From contig CAXXSM010000076.1 of the NCBI GenBank assembly GCA_963663405.2, positions 96,001 through 160,000 of the forward strand: 64,000 nt of DNA, written 5' to 3'. Positions 20,410-29,745 of this stretch are shown here, piece by piece (the first letter of the stretch is position 1; the number at the start of each line of letters is the position of its first letter). Source of the stretch: a bacterium (GTDB lineage: Bacteria; Hinthialibacterota; Hinthialibacteria; Hinthialibacterales; Hinthialibacteraceae). A program made the translations under genes and the position numbers. The notes below the pieces were generated by a model. The model was not told the DNA's origin and searched no databases. It saw only the letters and a list, made by a program, of their open reading frames with translations.

Positions 20410-20434
20410 TGGAGCGCGAGCGTCCCGCCCGTGA
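20409..20434 (+). repeat. REP-like family B copy abutting the pilin stop codon
   Basis: ATGGAGCGCGAGCGTCCCGCCCGTGA, one mismatch to the copy at 13337-13362. Confidence 0.75.
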
Positions 20435-20543
20435 ATTTGGATACATAGAGTGAGTGTTTCAATTGTGTATCCTACAATAATGAATCATATCCTGAACATC
20501 CTGCTAATCTTGCCCATCCAGATTCAGACAAAAAAAAATCCAT

Positions 20544-21221
20544 TCACCCCATCTCCCCAACCGGCCGTATAACCTGTTCGTGAGAGATCTCCTTAATTCG
20601 CCCCTCATCAAAGAGAAATATCTGATTGGCGAGACGAACCGCCTCTTCCCGGTTATGCGTGATATGCAGAGTCGTGACACCTGTATTTTTCGTGATGGAT
20701 TGTAAGAGACGGCACATCTCCGCGCGTGTGTCGTCATCTAACGCGCTCAGCGGTTCATCCAAACATAAGATCGGAGGTTCAAACGATAACGCGCGAGCCA
20801 GCGCGACACGTTGGCGCTCCCCCCCACTCAGACCCTCCGGTTTTCGATCGAGCAGATGGGTAATGCCGATCGACTCCGCGAGAAAGCCAATCCGTTCTTG
20901 GATTGCCTTTTTCGGCCAGCGGCGTATGGACAAGGCGAATCCAATATTACGGCGCACGGACATAGTCGTAAACAACGCTCCTTCCTGCGGGACAAAACCA
21001 ACGCGCCGTTCCGCCGGTTTTAGTTTTGTCACATCCCGGCCGGCGAGATGAATTTGTCCGCTTTTGATGGAACGCAATCCGCAGATCGCTTCCAACACCG
21101 TTGTCTTGCCACAGCCGGTTTTGCCCATTAGAACGCCATAGTTACCCGCCGCGACGGTCAGATTGATATCCCGCAGCGAAAACGTCCCTAAATCGATGGA
21201 TAGATTCTGAATCGTGATCAT
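20544..21221 (-). CDS. modC: ABC transporter ATP-binding protein (ModC/CysA-like)
   Basis: Walker A GKTGCGKT, LSGGERQRVALARAL, LDEPLSALD. Overlaps the permease stop. Confidence 0.8.
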   Translation of the reverse strand: MITIQNLSIDLGTFSLRDINLTVAAGNYGVLMGKTGCGKTTVLEAICGLRSIKSGQIHLAGRDVTKLKPAERRVGFVPQEGALFTTMSVRRNIGFALSIRRWPKKAIQERIGFLAESIGITHLLDRKPEGLSGGERQRVALARALSFEPPILCLDEPLSALDDDTRAEMCRLLQSITKNTGVTTLHITHNREEAVRLANQIFLFDEGRIKEISHEQVIRPVGEMG

Positions 21222-22114
21222 GGCGCCCTGCGGTAGTTTTCAAACGTTTTCCCACCGAGAAAACGCACCAACACTAATACAACGATCGCCGCCGCCACCA
21301 TAATCAACGAAATAGCCAGCGCCCCTTTGACGTTCCCGATCCCCAGTTCCAAAAAAACGGATACCGGCAGGACTTCGGTCCGCATACGAACCGATCCCGC
21401 GAAGACCAATATCGGCCCGAACTCGCCCAGCGCCCGCGCCCAGGCCAACGTTCCCGCCGTTAGAATCCCCCGGAACGATTGGGGCAGAACCACCCGCCAA
21501 AACGCCTGGCTGTGATTGCAGCCCAGGGTAAGCGCCACATCTTCCTGCCGGGGTGAAATCTGATCAAACGTAGCCCGCATTGTCCGTACGGCGAACGCGC
21601 ACGCCACCATGAATTGCGCGAGAACCACAGCGGGGATCTGAAACACAATCCCCGCGTCCCGGCCGAAGAGTTTTTTCGATACGATCCGGAAAAGATCATC
21701 CACTGTAAAAGGGTCGCTGTCGGTTCCCGCCACCGTCAATCCAAACAAAATCAACAGACTCAATCCGATGACTAATGGCGGCAGCACAATCGGAATATCC
21801 AAGATCGAGTCAATCAGAATCTTTCCCGGAACCTTGAACCGTGACAAGAGATACCCAATCGGCAGCGAGACGATCACCGACAACACGGCGGTGATCGTAC
21901 ACGTGATCATACTCAGGCGGATGGAATATTGTATATTCGGATTGCGCAGCGCGATGGAAAAATCGTTCCACTCGACTTTGAGCAATCCCGCCACAATAAT
22001 CATCAAAATAAAGAGGATATAAAAGGAACTTAACGAAGCGAACAGCGTAAAGAATGGAATATCCGTTTTAACGCGGTATTCATGGTTTGGAGTGGATAAC
22101 TGCGTAGATTTCAC
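21218..22114 (-). CDS. modB: Molybdate/sulfate-type ABC permease (ModB-like)
   Basis: DIPIVLPPLVIG, EDVALTLG EAA loop, LAWARALGEFG. Confidence 0.8.
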   Translation of the reverse strand: MKSTQLSTPNHEYRVKTDIPFFTLFASLSSFYILFILMIIVAGLLKVEWNDFSIALRNPNIQYSIRLSMITCTITAVLSVIVSLPIGYLLSRFKVPGKILIDSILDIPIVLPPLVIGLSLLILFGLTVAGTDSDPFTVDDLFRIVSKKLFGRDAGIVFQIPAVVLAQFMVACAFAVRTMRATFDQISPRQEDVALTLGCNHSQAFWRVVLPQSFRGILTAGTLAWARALGEFGPILVFAGSVRMRTEVLPVSVFLELGIGNVKGALAISLIMVAAAIVVLVLVRFLGGKTFENYRRAP

Positions 22115-22137
22115 GAATCGTTTTATATTGATGGGAA

Positions 22138-23058
22138 TCAGGCTTTTGCGAGAGCCTTTTGGAGTTTTTCGATATAACGGGGAACCGCTTCCATTGGTTC
22201 TTCATTCGATTCGTATTCGAGAGCGACATAGCCCCGGTAACCAGCCTCCCCGATGATATCGACGATCCGGTCGAAATCGGCTTCGTATTTTTGATTGGAA
22301 TCGGACCACATTTCGACTTTTATCTGTACGTTGACAGCATAAGGAGCCGCTTTTTCGATCTCTTTGTAGGGATCGCTGGTGTGGAAATTGCCTGTGTCGA
22401 GATTGACGCCGAACCATTCGGAATCGACTTCATCGACGATCGCGAGCAGACCTTCGGCGTCCGATACGATCCCACCGTGGTTTTCAAGCGCGAGGATAAT
22501 CCCTTTCGTTCCGGCGTATTCACAGGCTTCTTGGATGGTGTCGATGGAATATTGCCGGGCCTGCCGTTCATTGGCGCCGTCACGCACTCTTCCCGCGAAA
22601 ATCCGGATGCAGGGGGCGCCGAAAATGGCCGCGTAATCGACCCACTCGCGGCAGTATTCAAGTTGCTTATCCCGCTGCGGACCGGGAGGGTAGGTGAATT
22701 CATTGCCGATCGCAGTGGCGGAAATATCCAGACCGAGCATGAACGCTCTCCGTTTGTACCGGATGAAGTACTCTTCCAAAGGATATTTGGGGAAGTAATA
22801 CGATGTCGGTTCCGCCGCATCCAATCCCATTTGGGCGCATTCATATAGAAATCCATCCATATTCATGGTGTAGGGATCGGGATCGTTGAGGTACTTGCGG
22901 AAGGAATATGCGGAGAGACTCGCTTTCATTTTGGGATCGACTCCACGGATGATGGGAGGGATCGCCTGCGTAACCGTTGGGTGAGCCGCTAAGGCCGCCA
23001 CACCGGAGAGCGCGAGTAAGCTTTGTTTAATAAATTGCCGCCGGTTTGGATCTATCAT
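22138..23058 (-). CDS. Tat-exported sugar phosphate isomerase/epimerase (xylose isomerase-like TIM barrel)
   Basis: NRRQFIK Tat motif. LALENHG, NLDTGNF and ALEYE motifs. Confidence 0.88.
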   Translation of the reverse strand: MIDPNRRQFIKQSLLALSGVAALAAHPTVTQAIPPIIRGVDPKMKASLSAYSFRKYLNDPDPYTMNMDGFLYECAQMGLDAAEPTSYYFPKYPLEEYFIRYKRRAFMLGLDISATAIGNEFTYPPGPQRDKQLEYCREWVDYAAIFGAPCIRIFAGRVRDGANERQARQYSIDTIQEACEYAGTKGIILALENHGGIVSDAEGLLAIVDEVDSEWFGVNLDTGNFHTSDPYKEIEKAAPYAVNVQIKVEMWSDSNQKYEADFDRIVDIIGEAGYRGYVALEYESNEEPMEAVPRYIEKLQKALAKA

Positions 23059-23551
23059 CGTTTTTTTCCTTTCCTGCTTAAATTCAACGCTCCAAAATTA
23101 TAATGAATAAATGAATCCGTTGAAGATGGTTTGTTCCACCATATGTCATTCCAACCAAGAAGTCACCCGGTAAGATTCAGAAATAGTCTTGTTTTTCCGA
23201 ATTTGTTCCACTCAAGAAAATACCATAGAATCCTTGCGATATCCAAGCCCAAATAGCAAAAAAGGATGGGAAAAATAAAACACCGTTTCATTTCGGTTGA
23301 TGGCTGCTATGAACAGATATATCTTGTGAATTATAGATACGATACGGAGACAAAAAGGCCCTGCAAAGCGTGACTTAAGCATAACTCATCTATGGAAAGT
23401 ACGTCATCATCTATCTCAATGAGTTTCTATCTAAAATTTTAACTTTTTGCCGTTTCTTAATAGAACAATAAATCCTTTTCGTTTATTGACGATAATAATA
23501 CGATAGGCCTCGTTCTATCTATGAACGATCGATTTCGAATGAGAACCAATT

Positions 23552-24838
23552 ATGCCACAGTCCGAACATTTAGAACGCTTAAAAAGAGATATCGACTCCT
23601 GGAATCAATGGAGAGAGGAGAACCTGGGTGTTCTCCCCGATCTCAGTTGGGCGGATCTGAGTAAGATGGACTTGAGTGAAGCGAACTTGATTGTGGCGGA
23701 CCTGAGTCATGCGGATTTACGGGAAGTGAATCTGAGTCATGGAGATCTCCGGCAGGCGAATTTAACGGGAACGGACCTGAGCGGGGCGGATCTCTTCCGG
23801 GCGAACATCAGCGATACGGAAATGATTGAAGCGGACCTGAGCCGGGCGGACCTGCGGGAGGCCAATTTGAGCGGGGCGGATCTGCGTTGGGCCAATCTGC
23901 GGGGAGCGGAGCTGAGCGGCGCCAATTTTGATCGTGTGAAATTCCGAAAAGTCGATCTGAGTGGAGCGTATCTTTTTCAGGCGAATTTTGTCGGCGCCGA
24001 TCTCCGGGACGCGGATCTGAATGACGTTAATTTATTGAAGGCGAATCTTAGCGGGGCGGATCTAAGTGGCGCGAACCTGTGCGGGGCGAATCTGAGTGAG
24101 GCGAATCTGAGCGGCGCGCAGCTGGATGGGGCGGATCTGATGTTTACCAATTTTACGAGAACGACGCTGACAAAGGCGAATTTTAAGCGGGCGAAATTGT
24201 TCCGTACCATTTTCGCCGACGTGAATCTCAGCGAAGCCATTCACCTGGAAAGCGTCGAACATTGTTTTCCTTCCACCGTCGGTGTCGATACATTTTTCCA
24301 GTCTAAGGGGAAAATCCCTGACGCGTTTCTCCGGGGAGCGGGTGTGCCGGAAAATCTGATTGTTTATAAAAACCCATTAACTCATGACGCGAATCATTAT
24401 TATTCCTGTTATATCAGCCATAGTGATAAGGATAAGGATTTCAGCGAAATGCTGTTACTGGCGCTGCGGAAAGAAGGGATTCGCGCCTGGCGGTTCCCGG
24501 AAGAGATCAAGATGACGGAATCGATCCGGTGCGAAATCGGCCGCAGCATCGACCGCCGGGATATTTTGCTTTTTATTTGTTCCGAAGAATCTCTAACAAG
24601 CGCCTGGGCGATGGAAGAAATCGAACACGCGTTGATGAGAGAAGAGACGGAAAACATACAAATCCTCTTCCCGGTCACTATCGATCCATTTCTCGAATAT
24701 TGGCAAGCGCCTTTACAGAAAGACCTTCTTAACCGAATCATCGTAAATTTCAGTGGTTGGTCTCAAAACTCACAGATTTTATATCAGCGGATTCCTCGAT
24801 TGATCTCTGCATTGAAAAAGAAGAAGAATTCTTTCTAA
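23552..24838 (+). CDS. Pentapeptide-repeat + TIR-domain protein
   Basis: WNQWRE start, long A(D/N)LSG repeats, then YSCYISHSDKD...SEESLTSAWAMEEIEHAL (TIR_2-like). Confidence 0.88.
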   Translation: MPQSEHLERLKRDIDSWNQWREENLGVLPDLSWADLSKMDLSEANLIVADLSHADLREVNLSHGDLRQANLTGTDLSGADLFRANISDTEMIEADLSRADLREANLSGADLRWANLRGAELSGANFDRVKFRKVDLSGAYLFQANFVGADLRDADLNDVNLLKANLSGADLSGANLCGANLSEANLSGAQLDGADLMFTNFTRTTLTKANFKRAKLFRTIFADVNLSEAIHLESVEHCFPSTVGVDTFFQSKGKIPDAFLRGAGVPENLIVYKNPLTHDANHYYSCYISHSDKDKDFSEMLLLALRKEGIRAWRFPEEIKMTESIRCEIGRSIDRRDILLFICSEESLTSAWAMEEIEHALMREETENIQILFPVTIDPFLEYWQAPLQKDLLNRIIVNFSGWSQNSQILYQRIPRLISALKKKKNSF

Positions 24839-24871
24839 AAGAGTGGAGAGGATTTCAAGCCCGTGATTGCT

Positions 24872-26752
24872 CTACTTCACTCGTGGAGCGAAGATCTCAG
24901 CGAAACGATCCGGTTTGTCTTCATTGCGGACGATATCCACGTATCGCGGTCCTCCATCGTATTGGATGGTAACAGTTTCGAACACTTCATCTTTTAAAAG
25001 GAGCAGTTCAACCGATCGTGTTGTTGGGCTGTCCGCGATCGCGTCTTTCAGGCGGTTTTCGCTGAATTTTTTTCCATTTACACCGATGATTTTGACGCTG
25101 TCGTAAAGTCCCGCTTGATCCGCTGGGCCGCCTGGGCTGATTTCCGTGATCTCACCAGTAGTTGAGACGCGCATACCTAATGATGTGAGAGAATGATCTT
25201 TATCATAATCTGTTGGTTTAGGTGAATATTCAATCCGGTAGCCTAGACGATCGAGAACAGTCAGGGGGAGTTCATCATGCCATCCGCGCACGCGGTCTTC
25301 GATCAGCGCTTCCCAATCGTATGGAAGCAGCTCATTTAGTATTTCAACGATGTCTTTTTCTTCATAACCCATGAGCATTTGGTTTTTATCGTACCGGCCA
25401 AGAAACCGCTGGATAAAATCGTCCAGGCAGAGTTTCGAATCGCTTTCTTCCTGGAGAATGGTGTCGATTTCATACCAGAGGAGCGCGCCTTCAAAATAGT
25501 AGTCTTGTGGCCGGTATAATCTCCGCCAATGCTCACTTCCCCGGCGGCGCAGATAGGAAGATGACGCGGTGTCTTCTAGATTGATGGAACGGCGGCCTTT
25601 CTGCAGCATCAAAGAGACAATAGTCTTGCCCACGCCTACCCATTCATCCCGCAGGCCGCCTTCGAAGGATGTTCGATCCTTGGTTTCAAACAGGCCGGAG
25701 CGGGTGGTTAGAACAACGCCGATGTATTGATCCAATCCTTCATATACCCATAGCAATCGAAGGTCTTTCGGTACTTGATAATCAGGAGTGGCCATCCCTT
25801 GGGGACGGTGGTATTTACCGCACCAGCGATGCCCGTATTCGTGCGTAATGAGGTGGCCGGTGACGCGCAGCTGGTCTTCTTCCAGGCCGTTGGCGCCAAC
25901 AACGTTCAGACTTGATCGCATATGCTCTAATCCGATAAACGGCAGGTTGTCACTTAACATCAGCAGGAAATGGTAGTCATAATCGTGTCGCTTACCGAAC
26001 ATCACCATCGCTTCCGCAACCATCTTGCGGATTTTATCCAACGTTTTTTCATCGGGGTGAAGCCTTGGTTTCGATTCCGCTAAGAGATGGAGAAAGTGGG
26101 GCGTTCCACCGTCTGGCGTTACATCGATAAAGCGATACCACTTACCGCAGACCAACGGGCTGTCGACGAGTTCACGGATAGACACTGGATTAAACTGAAT
26201 GGTACCTTCGTCCTCTTTTTGAGCGGTTAATGAGGAGCCCCATTTCCATTCTTTGGGTAATTGAAGAGTGAGATTGACATTGATATCGCTGATATCGTAT
26301 CCCTTTGGATAGAGGAGGCAGGTGTTCCATGCGATGATTCCAAGCTGGGATGTGCCATGCGTGTCGACACCCAGCGAATATGCTGGCGCCGCTTGGTTGC
26401 AGATGTAGGTTGTATCGGCCTGAATCCGGATTACGCCGTTTGGAATATCGATCAGGAAATGAAATACGTCATGGGGATCGCGGGTCCAGGATAGGCGTTT
26501 TCCATCTTCTGTGGAGAAGAAAATTTCGGCCAGATTTTGAATCGGGCTTTTGGGACCGTGCACACCTTCAACCCATTTGGGGTAATAGAGATCGAAGACA
26601 GGGCCGCTGACATGATAGGTGGAAGACGCTTTGAGCAAACCACGGGGTAGATCCCTCGCGTCCACATCCAGCGTCATTGTCGCCGCCGCGCTGGAGGAGA
26701 CGGCCGCTGTGATTAGAAAGATGGCTAATAAGAGACATTTCTGATTCCGCAT
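24872..26752 (-). CDS. M61 glycyl aminopeptidase family protein with PDZ domain
   Basis: GLEH, HEYGH, LWVYEG and GGPADQAGL (PDZ). Signal peptide from MRNQK. Confidence 0.88.
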   Translation of the reverse strand: MRNQKCLLLAIFLITAAVSSSAAATMTLDVDARDLPRGLLKASSTYHVSGPVFDLYYPKWVEGVHGPKSPIQNLAEIFFSTEDGKRLSWTRDPHDVFHFLIDIPNGVIRIQADTTYICNQAAPAYSLGVDTHGTSQLGIIAWNTCLLYPKGYDISDINVNLTLQLPKEWKWGSSLTAQKEDEGTIQFNPVSIRELVDSPLVCGKWYRFIDVTPDGGTPHFLHLLAESKPRLHPDEKTLDKIRKMVAEAMVMFGKRHDYDYHFLLMLSDNLPFIGLEHMRSSLNVVGANGLEEDQLRVTGHLITHEYGHRWCGKYHRPQGMATPDYQVPKDLRLLWVYEGLDQYIGVVLTTRSGLFETKDRTSFEGGLRDEWVGVGKTIVSLMLQKGRRSINLEDTASSSYLRRRGSEHWRRLYRPQDYYFEGALLWYEIDTILQEESDSKLCLDDFIQRFLGRYDKNQMLMGYEEKDIVEILNELLPYDWEALIEDRVRGWHDELPLTVLDRLGYRIEYSPKPTDYDKDHSLTSLGMRVSTTGEITEISPGGPADQAGLYDSVKIIGVNGKKFSENRLKDAIADSPTTRSVELLLLKDEVFETVTIQYDGGPRYVDIVRNEDKPDRFAEIFAPRVK

Positions 26753-26790
26753 TGTGTAGATCCTTTCCATGACAGAATTGTAAATGGATT

Positions 26791-27543
26791 CTAATGGATT
26801 GGCCACGAATTACCATACCATTGGCGCACGATGGCTTCGCTGGTGTCAAATAGCTGACAGATTAAAGTGGGATTGAGAACGTCCTGTGGATTGCCCTGCG
26901 CGAGGATACGGCCTTGATAAAGGGCGGCCACCTGTGTGGCGATGCGCCGCGCGGAATGGAGATCGTGGGAGACGTATAGTATGAGTTTTCCGGTTTTGTA
27001 TAACTTGACAAGGATGTCTTCGAAAATGATCTGATGCTTCAGATCGAGGAAAACTGTTGGTTCGTCCAGGAATATTACGGGGGTGTTCTGGACAATGACT
27101 TGCGCCAAATAGACCCGCTGCCGTTCGCCTCCGCTCAAAGTTGAGAGTTTCCGGTTTCTAAATTCCTCTATATGACATAATTCAAGCGCGTACTCAAGGC
27201 GCTGTTTTGAAGTTTGCGGTGACTCGATGTGGTTCCAGGGATGGGTCGCGAGTGAGACGAATTCAGCCACGCGGTATCCTTGGACAGAAGGCATGGATTG
27301 GGGTAAATAGGCGATGATCCGGGCGCGTTCCATGCGGGGGAGACTTAATAAATCATACTCCTTGTGATAAAGCCGATCCGCATGGGTGGGGATTAATCCA
27401 GCGGCGGCGCGGAGGAACGTGCTTTTTCCCGCGCCGTTGGGTCCAACGATCGCGAAGACACCGGCGTCCGGGATGTCGAGAGAGACAGAATCGAGGATCG
27501 TTTTGTTGGCGATGGAAACGGAAAGGTTTTGGATCGATAGCAT
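26791..27543 (-). CDS. Iron-siderophore/cobalamin-type ABC ATP-binding protein (FepC/BtuD-like)
   Basis: GPNGAGKST, LSGGERQRV, LDEPTVFLDLKHQ, SHDL. Confidence 0.88.
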   Translation of the reverse strand: MLSIQNLSVSIANKTILDSVSLDIPDAGVFAIVGPNGAGKSTFLRAAAGLIPTHADRLYHKEYDLLSLPRMERARIIAYLPQSMPSVQGYRVAEFVSLATHPWNHIESPQTSKQRLEYALELCHIEEFRNRKLSTLSGGERQRVYLAQVIVQNTPVIFLDEPTVFLDLKHQIIFEDILVKLYKTGKLILYVSHDLHSARRIATQVAALYQGRILAQGNPQDVLNPTLICQLFDTSEAIVRQWYGNSWPIH

Positions 27544-27835
27544 TCAATATATCCTTTTTTGAACGGGGGCGCGCCGTATGAATAACAAGCAATAAGAGAA
27601 CAATCACATAAGAGATTGCGTCAATGGGTGACACGCAGAATTTCCCATTGACTGAAATTATAATTTAAGAGGACTGAATTCCAAAAGACTCACAATGAAT
27701 GAAGGATGGGGAATCGATTGATTTCATGTTGTGAGTGAAATGTGGTTTTTCATTGGTTCCATGCAGTGTGATCCATGATACAATGTTCTGTGGAATAATC
27801 GATTTAATTTGTTTGTGCAAGGGAGATGTGAAATA

Positions 27836-28486
27836 ATGAATATGCGAGTTAGGAATCACTGGTTGGGTTTTACGTTGATTGAATTGCTGATTGTTGTCGC
27901 GATTATCGGGATTTTGGCGGCGATCGCCGTACCCAATTTTCTCAATGCGCAGATCCGCGCGAAGATTTCCCGTACGAAAAGCGATGTGCGGATGTTGGAT
28001 GACCAAGCCGTTATCCGAAATATGGATTGTGGATTATGGTTGATTGATGGCAACGATACTGGACAAGCTGATCATTGCGAGTTTGAAGCCGGTTATAATT
28101 TCTGGGGCAAGACACCGGCGGAAGCGCAGGTCGATACCCAAGGGGCGCTTGGGGATAATTTCTTTAACGGACAGATTTACCAACAATTAACAACCCCCGT
28201 CAATTACATCAATTCGATCCCGGTGGATGTGTTCACCAAGGGATTGTTTTACGGTTATGAGGATCGCGGGTGTTCTAATGCGCCCATTGGCACGCATTAT
28301 CTCTTCTTTGCCTGCGGGCCGGATGGGGATACATTTGATTGGTACATTGGCCGTCATGCGACTCCATACGTTTCATCGAACGGGCTGACGTCCAATGGAG
28401 ATGTCTGGCGGTCCCGTAAACTGCGTATCCGGCCGGACGAAGGCGACCTGTATCAACAAGAGATATTCCAAGATTACTGGGAGTGA
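27836..28486 (+). CDS. Pilin-like protein (paralog 4)
   Basis: LG|FTLIELLIVVAIIGILAAIAVPNFLNAQIRAK, LTTPVNY, CGPD and YVSSNGLTSNGD. Confidence 0.93.
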   Translation: MNMRVRNHWLGFTLIELLIVVAIIGILAAIAVPNFLNAQIRAKISRTKSDVRMLDDQAVIRNMDCGLWLIDGNDTGQADHCEFEAGYNFWGKTPAEAQVDTQGALGDNFFNGQIYQQLTTPVNYINSIPVDVFTKGLFYGYEDRGCSNAPIGTHYLFFACGPDGDTFDWYIGRHATPYVSSNGLTSNGDVWRSRKLRIRPDEGDLYQQEIFQDYWE

Positions 28487-28646
28487 TTTTCTTAAACGGG
28501 CAATTATTTATGCGTATTCATTCCGTTTTATGTAACGGATTCTTTTCCCGCGTTATATTTCACGGCTGACAAAGATTTCATACGTCGAGAAGGCGCGTTA
28601 CTCTATTCCTCTGGATAGATATCTTGCTGACGCAGGAGACTGATGA

Positions 28647-28852
28647 ATGAGAAATTGCGTGATACTGAATCCTGCGCGTATTCTTCTGTTCTAAAACCTA
28701 CACGTATTCTTCAAGGTTTTTTCTTCTACTTATTGTTATATCTCACTACGTGGACGCCTTTTGCGCCGAATACCCAGTGAAACAAGATGGAACGGGTGAT
28801 TTCACAACGGTTCAAGCCGCGCTGGACGCTGTGTTATCTAACGACATTGTGT
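28647..28852 (+). pseudogene. Decayed 5' fragment of the beta-helix gene at 29746
   Basis: ATGAGAAATTGCG..., early TAA after a short internal duplication (CCTGCGCGTATTCTTC/CCTACACGTATTCTTC), then VKQDGTGDFTTVQ-coding remnant. Confidence 0.85.
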
Positions 28853-28931
28853 TCATGCGGCACAAATCACGATACTATATTTGTTATAGCAAAATCGATT
28901 TGATTTGTCGGCGTTAGGGAGAGATGGAATC

Positions 28932-29585
28932 GTGAATCAGCGTTTTCGGTATTACCGATGCGGTTTTACGTTGATTGAATTGCTGATCGTTGTAGCGATT
29001 ATTGGGATTCTGGCGGGGATCGCCGTGCCCAATTTTCTCAATGCGCAAATCCGCGCGAAAGTGACTCGTACGAAATGCGATATGCGCATGTTGGACGATC
29101 AAGCCGTTATCCGCCATATAGATACCGGCTTATGGTTGATTGATGGGAATGACGCAGGACAAGCCGAACATTGCGAGTTTGAAGAGGGATTTCATGACTG
29201 GGGCTTGGTACCCGATGAATTATATATTGATACACAGGGGGCGGCGCTCGGGAATGAATTCTTCAATGGGCAGATTTATCAGCGATTAACTACCCCCGTC
29301 AACTACATTAATTCAATCCCGGCGGATGTGTTCACCAGGGGAATGTTTTATGGGTATTTTGACCATGGGTGTTCGAATGCGCCTAAAGGCGCGTATTATC
29401 TTTTCTTCGCTTGTGGGCCGGATGGGGATCTATTTGATTGGTTCATTAACCGTCCTGCGATTCCGTATGTTTCCTCGAATGGGCTGACGTCCAATGGAGA
29501 TGTCTGGCGGTCCCGTAAACTGCGTATTTATTCAGACGAAGGCGCCTTGCACAACGAAGCGCTATTCCAGGATTACTGGGAGTGA
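28932..29585 (+). CDS. Pilin-like protein (paralog 5), tandem duplicate of paralog 4
   Basis: GTG start. CG|FTLIELL..., highly similar to 27836-28486. Confidence 0.93.
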   Translation: MNQRFRYYRCGFTLIELLIVVAIIGILAGIAVPNFLNAQIRAKVTRTKCDMRMLDDQAVIRHIDTGLWLIDGNDAGQAEHCEFEEGFHDWGLVPDELYIDTQGAALGNEFFNGQIYQRLTTPVNYINSIPADVFTRGMFYGYFDHGCSNAPKGAYYLFFACGPDGDLFDWFINRPAIPYVSSNGLTSNGDVWRSRKLRIYSDEGALHNEALFQDYWE

Positions 29586-29745
29586 TTTTCTTAAACGGGC
29601 AATTGTTTATACGCATTCATTCCATTTCCTGCATCAGATTCTTTTACCGCTATATATCTCATGGTTTAAGAAGGTTTCATTCTTTGAGAAGGCGTATTAC
29701 TCTATTTCTCTGGATTGATATCTTACTGACGCAGGAGATTGATGA

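Noticed and set aside
23640-24240. DNA-level 15/30-bp tandem repeats
   Set aside because: Fully explained by pentapeptide-repeat coding.
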